Shown here: positions 24,745 through 36,676 of the stretch, one piece after another
How positions within the stretch are numbered: position 1 is the stretch's first letter
Layout: each line of letters opens with the position of its first letter
From: Macrostomum hystrix
Lineage: Eukaryota > Animalia > Platyhelminthes
Length of the DNA: 64,000 nucleotides
Assembly: GCA_950097015.1 (NCBI GenBank)
Contig: CATNEN010000031.1
Coordinates: 1,922,001 to 1,986,000, forward strand
Direction of reading: 5' to 3'
Position numbers and translations under genes: made by a program
The notes under the pieces: model-generated
Database searches by the model: none
Seen by the model: the letters and a program-made list of their open reading frames with translations, nothing else
What the model was told of the DNA's origin: nothing

Positions 24745-26050
24745 CAGATACCATGATTAGGTACAGAAACCCACAGACATCAGGTACAGATACCCACATA
24801 CATCAGGTAAAGATACCCACAGACATCAGGCACAGATACCCATAAACATCAGGCACATATACCCATAGACATCAGGCAAAAATACCCACAGACATCAGGC
24901 ACAGATACCCACAGACATCAGGCACAGATACCCACAGACATCAGGCACAGATACCCACAGACATCAGGCACAGATACCCACAGACATCAGGCACAGATAC
25001 CCACAGACATCAGGCACAGATACCCACAGACATCAGGCACAGATACCCACAGACATCAGGCACAGATACCCATAGACATCAGGCACAGATACCCATAAAC
25101 ATCAGGCACAGATACCCATAGACATCAGGCACAGATACCCACAGACGTCAGGCACAGATACCCACAGACATCAGGCACAGATACCCACAGACATCAGGCA
25201 CAGATACCCACAGACATCAGGCACAGATACCCATAGACATCAGGCACAGATACCCACAGACGTCAGGCACAGATACCCATAGACATCAGGCACAGATACC
25301 CACAGACGTCAGGCACAGATACCCACAGACATCAGGCACAGATACCCACAGACATCAGGCACAGATACCCACAGACATCAGGCACAGATACCCACAGACG
25401 TCAGGCACAGATACCCACAGACATCAGGCACAGATACCCACAGACATCAGGCACAGATACCCACAGACGTCAGGCACAGATACCCACAGACATCAGGCAC
25501 AGATACCCACAGACATCAGGCACAGATACCCACAGACATCAGGCACAGATACCCACAGACATCAGGCACAGATACCCACAGACATCAGGCACAGATACCC
25601 ACAGACATCAGGCACAGATACCCACAGACATCAGGCACAGATACCCACAGACGTCAGGCACAGATACCCACAGACATCAGGCACAGATACCCACAGACGT
25701 CAGGCACAGATACCCACAGACATCAGGCACAGATACCCACAGACATCAGGCACAGATACCCACAGACGTCAGGCACAGATACCCACAGACATCAGGCACA
25801 GATACCCACAGACATCAGGCACAGATACCCACAGACATCAGGCACAGATACCCACAGACATCAGGCACAGATACCCACAGACATCAGGCACAGATACCCA
25901 CAGACATCAGGCACAGATACCCACAGACATCAGGCACAGATACCCACAGACATCAGGCACAGATACCCACAGACATCAGGCACAGATACCCACAGACATC
26001 AGGCACAGATACCCACAGACATCAGGCACAGATACCCACAGACATCAGGT
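24745..26050. repeat. Minisatellite, 23-bp unit GCACAGATACCCACAGACATCAG, ~56 copies
   Basis: Tandem periodicity, degenerate at the left edge. Confidence 0.98.
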
Positions 26051-26573
26051 ACATCAATGCTGATTCTAAATGAAAGTCTAACTGTGAATTGAGCTGCAAC
26101 AGCTGTACAAAAATGTGAAGCAGTTGAATAATTTCCAAGCGGACCAGTTCAATCTCGGCTCACAAAAATTCTCTCGCCTTCCATTGGTTGTGAAGCTAAT
26201 CAGAAAAAGCAAATTTTCTACACTATTGTGCCTCACTTGTGCCTGCCTACTTCACACATCATCGAAAGTGTCGCAAGTGGGCCACCTGGGCCACTTGGGA
26301 TAGTTGTGACATCCTCAACAGACGCTACTCACCTGCCAAAACAACTTGAAATCCAGCGGCTATTTCCTCACTTCCTTTTTTACCTTTCCTCATCCACAGG
26401 TTGGAGTGGAGAAAGCCGAGAATATGAAATGCTGAAACAACTTGTCCCCCCCCATGCTTGCCGGGAAACAAGAAAAACGTTGCTTGCCATAGTTTTGAGT
26501 TCTCACACCCCAGTGTGCAGGCAGTGTTGGAGGGGGAAGTGACAGCGGAAGAGAACAGCGTGTGAGGGCTTCC

Positions 26574-26677
26574 TCATCTAGATGCTGCTGCTGCCGCCGT
26601 TGCTGATTTAGAGAATTGCTGGCGTAATCTTCTAGAAAGCTTGCCGTTCTTATTCAGTATGTCGCCGAGGGTAGGGT
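26574..26677 (-). CDS. Candidate terminal exon (D)PTLGDILNKNGKLSRRLRQQFSKSATAAAAASR*
   Basis: Acceptor ATTCTATAG|26677, phase 1 (compatible with the donor at 29874), protein-like codon use, stop TGA. Confidence 0.45.
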
Positions 26678-27280
26678 CTATAGAATCCCTATTCCCCAAA
26701 TAGGGATTGGAAAGGGATGAAGAAGAGGTGAAGTAAATGCGGCCTCATGTCAGGTAGGAGCCAGGTAAGGAGGCGGAGAGAGTGAGAGCGCGAGAAATGA
26801 CAGGCAAGTATCGAACGCTTACGAGAGCAAACAAGGCGCCGGAGACCAGGCGGTCATTGCAGCAGGCTTTCACTGACATGTCGCCAGTTTCCAATAGAGA
26901 GTTTCAAGTGTATTTCAGACATTTCTGTGGCCATGATCGCGAGAGGCTGGGAAGCCTTGGAAAGTTCTGCCGCCCCTCCGTGATTGACGCTAACCCCCAT
27001 CCCCACCGGCACGAGACGAACAGAAGCCTTCACATGTCTTTCAATATTTCTCTTTCCTCTCTTCTACTTCCCGCGGGTGGGGGAGGCGGGGATGGCGGGC
27101 ACAAATTGGTTGTGTCGTTGTCGGACTCGCTTCAGCAAACACGACAGTTGCTGCTGCTCAAGAACTCAATACTACCACCTTACTCACACTTCTATTATAA
27201 AACAAAGCTGCAGACTGACTCGGGGTTGAAAATTGAAGCTTAAAATGAGAGAATCGACAAAACCGAGGTGATTGTGTCGT

Positions 27281-27281
27281 A

Positions 27282-27314
<33 letters not shown>

Positions 27315-27429
27315 GCAGCAGCAGGCCACGCCGATATTAACCCTATAGCCAGGACTTAATGAGGCATATTGGACTGGGACGGGGACCGTTCCGTAGGGAG
27401 GTCTAAGTAATAGTTTGGAGAGCAATGTG

Positions 27430-27464
<35 letters not shown>
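27281..27464. repeat. Microsatellites (GCA)n at ~27281-27322 and (GT)n at ~27433-27464
   Basis: Seen directly. Confidence 0.9.
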
Positions 27465-27467
<3 letters not shown>

Positions 27468-28062
27468 GGAGCAGAAACTCCCAGGTGAGCCCTGTCGTAT
27501 TCTCTTTCAACCTGCCCAGCAACTAAATAGGCTCCGGCTGACCAGATCCGACCGGTGGAACTGGGAGCTGGGGATCGGGGAGTAATATATAAATTCCCAA
27601 TTCCCTATATAGAAGAAATGCCAACTTGTCTGGTAGAGAAACAACAGGACATTATTATCAGCTCTGACTGGGCCCAGTGCGCATGGCAAATGATTTAAAA
27701 CTAGACAGAAATAGAGTAAAATATAACTGCACAGCCTTGCACGCCTAGATTACCTGGAATTGTTAAAAGGGCATGCTAAGAATAGAACTCCAGGTGTCTT
27801 TCAAAAGTCTAAAAGTCTTTCAAAAGAATCCCAGCCACTTCGCTGCGTCCGTCATGGAGGCTCCCTGCCGCTAAGTCAATCCCAGCCACTTTCAAAAGTG
27901 GACGCGGCGTCAAGTTAAGTAGTCAAGTTAGTCTATGGCCCAAACCAAAATGATAGAAGATGCAATCCATTTTACATGCCCTTTGCAGGACACCTCATGG
28001 AAAAAGAGCGTGATTTGTCTATGGCCAATCTGTACTGAAATCAGTCACTGTGGAATAATTAA

Positions 28063-28450
28063 GGGGCAGCTAGCCTGGTGGTTAGTTCGTCGGACTCACG
28101 ACTTAAAGGTCTAGAGTTCGATTCCCGACTAATACCGTAAAAACTTGTGCCCGTTAGCAAGGCAATTAAATCTGCGTTGCTTCAGTTTACCCAGCTGTTA
28201 AGTGGGTTCCAGCTTTAGCTGGTGTAATAGAGGGTGGGTGTGGCGAACCCCCCAGTCCATGGACTGAACAGCCGTACACAGCCTTCACATGCACCACGCT
28301 ATAGCCGCGGCTGTGCTTTCGGCTGCACATTTGGCCCAATCGGGAAAATGCTGCGATACCAGCCACATGGTTGTTTAAAACAAACTTCGAAGACCTTATT
28401 TGTGATATCGGCTTTAGTCAGCTAAACTAATGGCAATGACCCTTTAATCT
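28063..28450 (+). mobile_element. tRNA-derived SINE with a conserved central domain
   Basis: 5' GGGGCAGCTAGCCTGGTGGTTAG (A box), GAGTTCGATTCCC (B box, ~28114). This is followed by GTGCCCGTTAGCAAGGCAATTAA...TACCCAGCTGTTAAGTGGG, resembling the GGCAAGGCACTTAAC...CCCAGCTGTAAATGGG core of V/Meta-type SINEs as I recall it. Confidence 0.72.
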
Positions 28451-28519
28451 CACTCTAGAATCCACCTCCGTTAAAATCTGGCGCGTGTCAGTGACACGGA
28501 AGTGGCAAGCTTCCAAGCC

Positions 28520-29441
28520 TGATGGACATTGGATCTGATGGACATTGTGTGGTGACACTGGGCTATCCAGTGTGCATTCAGGATCTGATGGACATTGTGT
28601 GGTGACACTGGGCTATGCAGTGTGCATTCAGGATCTGATGGACATTGTGTGGTGACACTGAGCTATCCAGTGTGCATTCAGGATCTGATGGACATTGTGT
28701 GGTGACACTGGGCTATCCAGTGTGCATTGAGGATCTGATGGACATTGTGTGGTGACACTGGGCTATGCAGTGTGCATTCAGGATCTGATGGACATTGTGT
28801 GGTGACACTGGGCTATCCAGTGTGCATTCGGGATCTGATGGACATTGTGTGGTAACACTGGGCTATCCAGTGTGTATTCAGGATGATCTGATGGACATTG
28901 TGTGGTGACACTGGGCTATCCAGTGTGTATTCAGGATGATCTGATGGACATTGTGTGGTGACACTGGGCTATCCAGTGTGCATTGAGGATCTGATGGACA
29001 TTGTGTGGTAACACTGGGCTATCCAGTGTGTATTCAGGATAATCTGATGGACATTGTGTGGTAACACTGGGCCATCCAGTGTGCATTGAGGATCTGATGG
29101 ACATTGTGTGGTGACACTGAGCCATCCAGTGTGCTTTGAGGATCTGATGGACATTGTGTGGTGACACTGAGCCATCCAGTGTGCATTGAGGATCTGATGG
29201 ACATTGTGTGGTGACACTGGGCTATGCAGTGTGCATTCAGGATCTGATGGACATTGTGTGGTGACACTGGGCTATCCAGTGTGCATTGAGGATCTGATGG
29301 ACATTGTGTGGTGACACTGGGCTATCCAGTGTGCATTGAGGATCTGATGGACATTGTGTGGTGACACTGGGCTATCCAGTGTGCATTGAGGATCTGATGG
29401 ACATTGTGTGGTGACACTGGGCTATGCAGTGTGCATTCAGG
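28520..29441. repeat. Minisatellite, 50-bp unit GGATCTGATGGACATTGTGTGGTGACACTGGGCTATCCAGTGTGCATTCA, ~18 copies
   Basis: Tandem periodicity, with a few 53-bp variants. Confidence 0.97.
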
Positions 29442-29874
29442 AACAGTGGAAAGTGGGTCCAAGCAGATCTTAGCGCAGGAAAGTGGGTCCGATAGAGCTT
29501 CGCCCGACACGCGGGGCGGCAATGTGCCAACTGAAGGAGAAAATTAATGAGAGTCGCCTGCCTTTAATCCGTGCCTCCCCGTCCCAATGCGCCACTGTTC
29601 CCGCCCTCCCCGGCTTAGCAAATCGTTCATCCCGCTTCTCATCCGGCCCCTCTTTTTCCGACTTCTTCGTCTTCTTCTTTTAGCTGGCATCGGGCGCTGA
29701 CAGTCTCAAACTAATCCCTGAGTCGAATGCTCCTCTCCTACTGGCAAATCTCGCCCATAAAATAGATGTCTTCGCCGCTTGGGAATACCCTGAACGGACA
29801 CACGAATGAATCCCAAGTGGAGTTTCATTCCTATTTCATGCTAGTTAATGGGCAATCTCAATATGGCTACTCAC

Positions 29875-29991
29875 CTGTGATGTTGATCGACCAGAGTCCG
29901 TTGCCAATGTAAGCTAGGCTACCAGCCGAGGTTGCTAAGCGTGGCGGCTGCTGCGACCTGCAGAAGTAGTACCTCAGCAGAGATTGACCGT
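29875..29991 (-). CDS. Internal coding exon (D)GQSLLRYYFCRSQQPPRLATSAGSLAYIGNGLWSINIT; which gene it belongs to is unresolved
   Basis: Acceptor TTTTCAAACAG|29991, donor CAG|GTGAGT at 29874, 117 nt, open frame phase 1 to phase 1. Confidence 0.65.
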
Positions 29992-30625
29992 CTGTTTGAA
30001 AATGATCGATTCAAATTTCACAAACTTGTCACCCTGACTGTCAGAAGTGTAACAGGGTTTTTTTAAATAGACTGGGACAAGGTGGGGCGAGGGAGAGGAC
30101 GGAGACTTCCCTGGAGGGGATTGGAGGAGCTGCTGGGAAGCCGAGGGTGAGAGAATAGCACTGCCAGACCAATGGGGCACTTCCTAAGCCAACCTTCTGC
30201 CCTGCGCGATGAAGCAGTTTTGTAACTGTTCAATAAGTCGATTGCGGAGCTGCAATCCTAATTATGAGTCACCATCCTAATTACTGGATTAGGTGATGCA
30301 TGCCATTCTATGGACTCATGACGTGGCTGACACTTCATGAAAGATTCCTTTCAGACTACTGTGGGCCTGCCTAACTAGCTGGCCATTCACATATTCATCA
30401 TTTTAACAAAAAAGCTACATTTTAAATCCGCAGATTTTTTTATAACTTTGGCAAAGTTAAAACTTGGGCCCTAGTCCATGGACTGGACGGTTGTACACAA
30501 CTGCGGCTGTAGATCTGGGCCTGGGTCAAATTTGTAATTTCTTTGATTTCTCTTTTCTCTAAAGTTGCTCAAATAAAACTATTTTATTTTTAGTTTGTCA
30601 GTTAACTCAAAAATTGGCTGTACAG

Positions 30626-31525
30626 CACGGGTTGGCAAACTTATTAGCGTGCGGGAGATGGAGAGAAACTAAAAGAATACAGGGGAGAGATGAGACAGGG
30701 GAGAGATGAGACAGGGGAGAGATGAGACAGGGGAGAGATGAGACAGGGGAGAGATGAGACAGGGGAGAGATGAGACAGGGGAGAGATGAGACAGGGGAGA
30801 GATGAGACAGGGGAGAGATGAGACAGGGGAGAGATGAGACAGGGGAGAGATGAGACAGGGGAGAGATGAGACAGGGGAGAGATGAGACAGGGGAGAGATG
30901 AGACAGGGGATGAGACAGAGGAGAGATGAGACAGGGGAGAGATGAGACAGGGGAGAGATGAGACAGGGGATGAGACAGGGGAGAGATGAGACAGGGGAGA
31001 GATGAGACAGGGGATGAGACAGAGGAGAGATGAGACAGGGGAGAGATGAGACAGGGGAGAGATGAGACAGGGGATGAGACAGGGGAGAGATGAGACAGGG
31101 GAGAGATGAGACAGGTGATGAGACAGAGGAGAGATGAGACAGGGGATGAGACAGGGGAGAGATGAGACAGGGGAGAGATGAGACAGGGGAGAGATGAGAC
31201 AGGGGAGAGATGAGACAGGGGAGAGATGAGACAGGGGAGAGATGAGACAGGGGAGAGATGAGACAGGGGAGAGATGAGACAGGGGAGAGATGAGACAGGG
31301 GAGAGATGAGACAGGGGAGAGATGAGACAGGGGAGAGATGAGACAGGGGAGAGATGAGACAGGGGAGAGATGAGACAGGAGAGATGAGACAGGGGATGAG
31401 ACAGGGGAGAGATGAGACCGATGAGAGATGAGACAGGATACTATAGGTGTTGGAAGGGACAACGGGCCGGATTTGGGAGCTTCGAGGGCCGCATCTGGCC
31501 CGCGGGCCGGAGTTTGCCGACCATG
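30626..31525. mobile_element. hAT-like MITE containing an expanded 18-bp minisatellite (GAGAGATGAGACAGGGGA, ~30685-31435)
   Basis: Imperfect terminal inverted repeats CACGGGTTGGCAAAC / GTTTGCCGACCATG, and the subterminal GGGCCGCATCTGGCCCGCGGGCCGG motif typical of hAT ends. No 8-bp TSD found. Confidence 0.55.
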
Positions 31526-32934
31526 ACCGGAGTTTGACTGCATGCTGCTCAGCAATAACAGCTGAAACAAAACAACACAAGAAATGAAGCACTTGAATGC
31601 ACGTTTCCGGCAAGACAGACAGGGGCTACTGTTATTGACAGCTTCAGGCTTCAATAGACCTGCCAGAACAGAAATTTCCCTGCGACATGTCAACTGAAAA
31701 ACGCATTAAAAAATTTCTGTTCCCTACTGAAAACTGCTGCAGCCAGAAACCTTGACTACCTGAGCAAGAGAGCAAAAAAGTGAAACAAAGGCTGTACCTA
31801 CTCAGACATGATGAGGCTCATTGCAAATAGTCAATAGTGAGCTATTTAAACCCGGAGTCTATAGGACCCAGCGATACACGGTACCCTCTCTCACACACTT
31901 TCACTTTTCTTGTCCTCTCTGTGGCCAAACGCCAATACACTACCAACCTGAGCAGGCTTGTGTTATTCTCAGAGACTTCTGCCAGTCTGACTTCTTGGCT
32001 AACGAGAGTCGACAGCGGGTGGTAGAGAACAACTGGGTGAGATTGAGTATAGGCAAATCTGCTCCTAAAAGAAGTTGATGTGGAAGGGCAAAAGAAAAAG
32101 TTGAATATGGATGAGAGTTAACCTCGAACATGGCATTCTGGCACACCAAAAAAACTATAGAAAACAGCTCTATCGGAAGAAAGTTTGAGCTACAGTGATC
32201 CGATCGCGTAACGAGCTGCTCCAGTCTCGATGTAGAATTCACCTCACCTCAACTCAGTGACCAAAGTGTGTGGGACTAACTCACACTCACACACACTCTC
32301 TCACAGCAGTCCTTAACCCCAACGGCTCCACCAATTTACTTGTCGTCAAAACAAGCAGGGGTCACACGCACACACACAGAGAAGTCGGCACATCACCGAC
32401 CGGCCCAAACAACCTCTTCGCCGTGAACTTGCCCCGAATTTTTTCTCTTGTCCCTTTTTCTCGCCGTCCACTGACAGCTTCCTTGGCGGGCGGAGCATCG
32501 AGAGAATGGCTTCAGGCGGTATCGGGGCGAGCCACATCTCCCCAGCTTCCTTAATGACTTGAGCCGGCATTGGACATACACGCACACACACACACAATCT
32601 GTGAGCAGTGCGGCAATGCATAGAAAGCTAGTCACAAATGATTGACCCACTTGACATATTTTCAATTCAAAAAAAGCTGCAATTTTCTGGCTGGTGAAAG
32701 AGTCCACAAGCTGGGGATATGACTGTGTGTTCTCCCTGATTATGTATATAAGTTAGGGATTTTTCATTGGTAAAGGGGCCAGTTCCGGACTCGGCATGTG
32801 CAACGTGGTCAATGGGGCAGCGCGATGTTTTGGATTAGAAACCACGGAAGTTCGCTTATACGATCTATATTTAATAAGATCGAATGTTGCACAACTGCAT
32901 GCTTTAGTAAAGTAAAACTAGGATTATAGCAAAC

Positions 32935-33247
32935 CTGCTCAATGCTGCTCATCGATTCTCAATACTGCTCATCGATTCTCAATGCTGCTCATCGATTCTC
33001 AATACTGCTCATCGATTCTCAATACTGCTCATCGATTCTCAATACTGCTCATCGATTCTCAATACTGCTCATCGATTCTCAATACTGCTCATCGATTCTC
33101 AATACTGCTCATCGATTCTCAATACTGCTCATCGATTCTCAATACTGCTCATCGATTCTCAATGCTGCTCATCGATTCTCAATACTGCTCATCGATTCTC
33201 AATACTGCTCATCGATTCTCAATACTGCTCATCGATTCTCAATACTG
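32935..33247. repeat. Minisatellite, 20-bp unit CTCAATACTGCTCATCGATT, ~15 copies
   Basis: Tandem periodicity. Confidence 0.97.
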
Positions 33248-33584
33248 AGAATATTCTCAAAAAATCTTATCAAATCAGATCTGATGTATCAGACAAATAT
33301 TTAAGTAAATTATTGTTGCAGTTGACATGGTTACTTGACGAAAGGGACCAGACAGGCGAGTACAGTTAGCAAGTACTATTTCCTGTCTCGAACTGACTGG
33401 GGGATAACAAAATGTGGTGCAGCTTGCATTCCATTTCCCCATTTCAGAGCTCCCTAGTGTTTTTCGGCCTGTTATTTTTCCAGTCTGGATTTTGCAAGTG
33501 ATAGGCAAAGACCGAATCAAGAAAATTAGAAATGGGATTTCTTCAATTTCATCGCGCACCTAGATTTGCATAATTGGATTGGGC

Positions 33585-33700
33585 TTAAACTGTCCCCGTA
33601 GGAGTGAGTCCAGTGCTCGCCGGGGGGTGGTGGATGAAAAGAGTGCTCGAGTTGAGCTGCTGGTAGCTGCTCCGTTGGAGCATTGTGTCACTGAGCAGTC
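33585..33700 (-). CDS. Candidate terminal exon of the Cys-rich/Ig-like gene: (G)LLSDTMLQRSSYQQLNSSTLFIHHPPASTGLTPTGTV*
   Basis: Acceptor AATCAGTAG|33700 in phase 1, matching the donor at 33995; nearest compatible exon; stop TAA at 33587-33585. Confidence 0.45.
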
Positions 33701-33995
33701 CTACTGATTATGCAGCCTGGAGAGAGTGGAGACGGGCAGCAGCATCTGATGCCGGATAGGAAAATAGGAAAACATTAGCTGATTGAATGGCTCTGTGCAC
33801 AAGCCCTCGATTTGGACTGTAGGAAAGACCCCTATTCCTATATATAGGCAGTGATTATAGCAGACACAAGTACTCCTTAATGTGGACTAGCATATAGAAC
33901 CGGGCCTGACCCAAGAGTGCAGAGATCAGAGCATGCACTTTCTGAATTATCGAGCGTTTGTAACTACTAGAATAGTAGGATTAGAATATGCTCAC

Positions 33996-34276
33996 CCGGT
34001 ATTTGAACTGCTAGCGCCAGGTAGCCAGACTGCAAGGTGTAATAGAAGGCCCCATTCTTTGCCACCGGCATCTCTTCGTCAATCACCCGGCCCTTGTCGG
34101 CGTAGATCTTGGCGCTTTGCGTCAGCAGCGAACTGTTCAAGTGGCAGTGATGGCTGAGCCAACTGGCTGATGACACGTCGAAGGGCTGGCGCACCTGGAG
34201 TACGGCCGTGTAGATTGGCGACCCCGAGATAGGAGTCTCCGTCCGGATGGTGCCATTCATCGGCTCCAGGTCCGAT
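33996..34276 (-). CDS. Exon of Cys-rich/Ig-like extracellular protein: SDLEPMNGTIRTETPISGSPIYTAVLQVRQPFDV...HCHLNSS...GYLALAVQIP
   Basis: Acceptor CGCACCCAG|34276 (phase 2, matches the 34899 donor), donor G|GTGAGC at 33995; overlaps track ORF 33967-34260. Confidence 0.78.
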
Positions 34277-34374
34277 CTGGGTGCGATCAGGGGGGTGGGT
34301 TCTTTGAAGACACAGATTAATATGTGCTCAAATCAAGAGATTTATAGACACTAAAGGTGAAAATTTACAAGACT

Positions 34375-34565
34375 CTAGACCCTGGACAACCTTCGGACTC
34401 AAGACGACAGTCAGACCCTAGATGACATTCGAACCCTGGAGGATATTGAGACCCTAAACGAAATTTAGACCCAGGACCCTAGACGACCTTCTGACCCTGG
34501 ACCCTAGACGTCCTTCAGACCCTAGACGACCTTCTGACCCTAGACGACATTGAGACCCTAGACCT
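34375..34565. repeat. Degenerate ~20-bp tandem repeat (GACCCTAGACGAC core)
   Basis: About 9 diverged copies. Confidence 0.8.
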
Positions 34566-34800
34566 GGGATTGGCCTGCGGGCCTGCGGGCCAGATGCGGC
34601 CCTCGAAGCTCCCAAATCCGGCACATTGCCCCTTGCGACACCTACAGTATCCTGTTTCATCTTTCCTCTGTCTCATCTCTCCTCGGTCTCGTCTCTCCCA
34701 TGTCGCATCTCTCATGTGTCTCATCTCTTCCCTGTTATATCACTCCCCAATCTTATATTTCTACAGTCAATGCGGCCCGCTGTCGCCTCCTAGGATTTCT
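34563..34800. mobile_element. Second, oppositely oriented fragment of the hAT-like MITE seen at 30626-31525
   Basis: GCGGGCCAGATGCGGCCCTCGAAGCTCCCAAATCCGGC...ACACCTACAGTATCCTGT matches the reverse complement of ~31430-31505, followed by a few degenerate CTGTCTCATCTCT units. Confidence 0.7.
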
Positions 34801-34899
34801 CTTTGGCCCGCTAGCTAATAACTTTGCTGACCCTGCCCTGGACGCTATTGAGACCCTAGACGACCTTCAAACTGCGAACACAAAGCCAGGAAGTCTTAC

Positions 34900-35248
34900 C
34901 TGAGCCGGTGCACAGTGAGGTTGGCCACGGCCCGTTGTCGCTCCTGCCAGAGGCTGCCGTGCACAATGTAGTCCCTCGGCAGGTCGATCTCAGAGTCGTG
35001 CGTCACCCGCAGCGGCCCAAAGTCGACGCTGCCGCGTCGATGAAAGCTTGCATTGAAGGCAGGTACCCTCTGCCACAGAGTGTCGCCGTGCCAATCAGCG
35101 GTGTCTGCGTCTCCGGCCAGGCTGATGTTGTAGCCGATAGTGTACAGCTGGGCCGGCGCCTGGTAGGTCAAGTGGCACAGAAAATAGGTCCTGTTCTCCT
35201 GAGAGAAGCCCTCAAACGTTGGCGTCAGGGTGAAGGTGTCCAAGTCGC
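34900..35248 (-). CDS. Exon of Cys-rich/Ig-like extracellular protein: GDLDTFTLTPTFEG...YFLCHLTY...ANLTVHRLR
   Basis: Acceptor TGTTTCCAG|35248 (phase 1), donor AG|GTAAGA at 34899 (phase 2); within track ORF 34896-35375. Confidence 0.85.
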
Positions 35249-36676
35249 CTGGAAACAGAATTCCAATGTTTACAAAAGTACAAGCTCGCACTTCTCTTTT
35301 CCTTCCAGTTGAATTGAATCGAGCTCGATGCATTCGAGGAAAACAAACTTGATTAACAAATCGTCGACTACTCATTCCGATTTGATTGCAAACCCTTCCG
35401 CTAGACCTGGCCCCCCGTCCAATTTCAATCAGCTCCTACTCAAACTTTTGAGTACGTTATCCAAAAAGAACTAGATTTGAGCATGTTGCCTCGAGTATTA
35501 GCCAAAATTGAATTTGCTTTTAACTGGACAGAAGTGTGTCCAGCCTGTGTCTAGCGGGCTCTGTGCGATGATTAGGCAAGAAGATTTCAATACGGTTCCA
35601 GCAAGCCAACTGGAAATTTCAATTCGTCAAATTGCTTTCTGCAGAATTCGCGCGTGTGGGGGGTCGACAATCTTCTCCTAATTCAAGCCTCTCCGCTGCT
35701 TCCCCGTGCCTACTTATTTTTGTGTGCAAATAGGCCATCCATGCATCTGGCTTGTCTGCTAAACTGTGGCCTCTGCGGCCTGGGCAGCCGGTGCTACAAT
35801 GCTGGGCTAGAAAATCGGGTTGGTGTGGCGGTTTACCCAGTCCGCGGACTGAACAGCTGTACACAGTACACTTTCTTTCTATCGAGGCCACATTAATTTG
35901 GGGCGCAGCCGTCGAGAGAAGGCTTGAAATGCCATTTACGACCTTGAGGGCCAAACCTTAAAAGCGTGTGTATTACAAAGTGTGAGCATGTGCCTGCGTA
36001 CAGCATCTGCGCGCGCGTCTGCTCAAGAGTCAGCGGAATTAGCAGAATTGCCTCCTCACTGGCTGCGGGTCTAGTATCACTAAATGGTGTTCAATTGCCC
36101 GAAGCCCCTCTGCATGCTTAACTAAAGTAAACAAAATTAGGTAAAAAATTGTTTTCTCTGTCGCAAACAACAGAACCAGAAATTAGTTTGAGTCCTAGTC
36201 TCATTCCTTTCTTGCTAAACTGTCTTCAAAATATTTTCCTGCTGTAAATGTTGACAGAACAGTCAAATATATTCTGATAGAGAGGGGGATGATTTACTAT
36301 AGAATAGGTCCCAATATATATGAGAGTTACTCGGCGGCAGCGGGCCAAAGCTCTCATTTCTAAGCCGACAGAAAAACTGATCCGCAGTAGGGATTAAATG
36401 CAGAAGTCACGCTATCCCCGAGAAAAATATATAGGGGGAGAAGGGAAGAAATTGAAATACGGGCTGCATGGAGACAGCGGAATGCAGAAGGGCAAACGGA
36501 ATAGTGAAGGATTTACAATGCGGCATCTTTGCCTCTCTGCAATGCGGGGCCAGCCAGCCAGCTCCTCGTCGCAGATGCTCTGCAGCACTCTGTAGGAATT
36601 CTTAATGCTTGCAGGGCTTGGGATTAAGACATGACTGGTTGGGATTCGAACCAATCTGACTGTAGATCTGTTTGAT

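Noticed and set aside
26782-27243. 153-aa plus-strand ORF as a nested gene
   Set aside because: No recognisable domain, composition not clearly coding, and no partner exons identified.
21383-29441. CRISPR-like appearance of the 64-bp and 50-bp hairpin-containing arrays
   Set aside because: Units are contiguous with no unique spacers, there are no cas genes, and the context is eukaryotic.
34290-34305. Acceptor TCTTCAAAG|AACCC as the start of the 34-kb exon
   Set aside because: With the phase-2 donor at 34899 it leads into a frame with a premature stop. The acceptor at 34277 keeps the long open frame.
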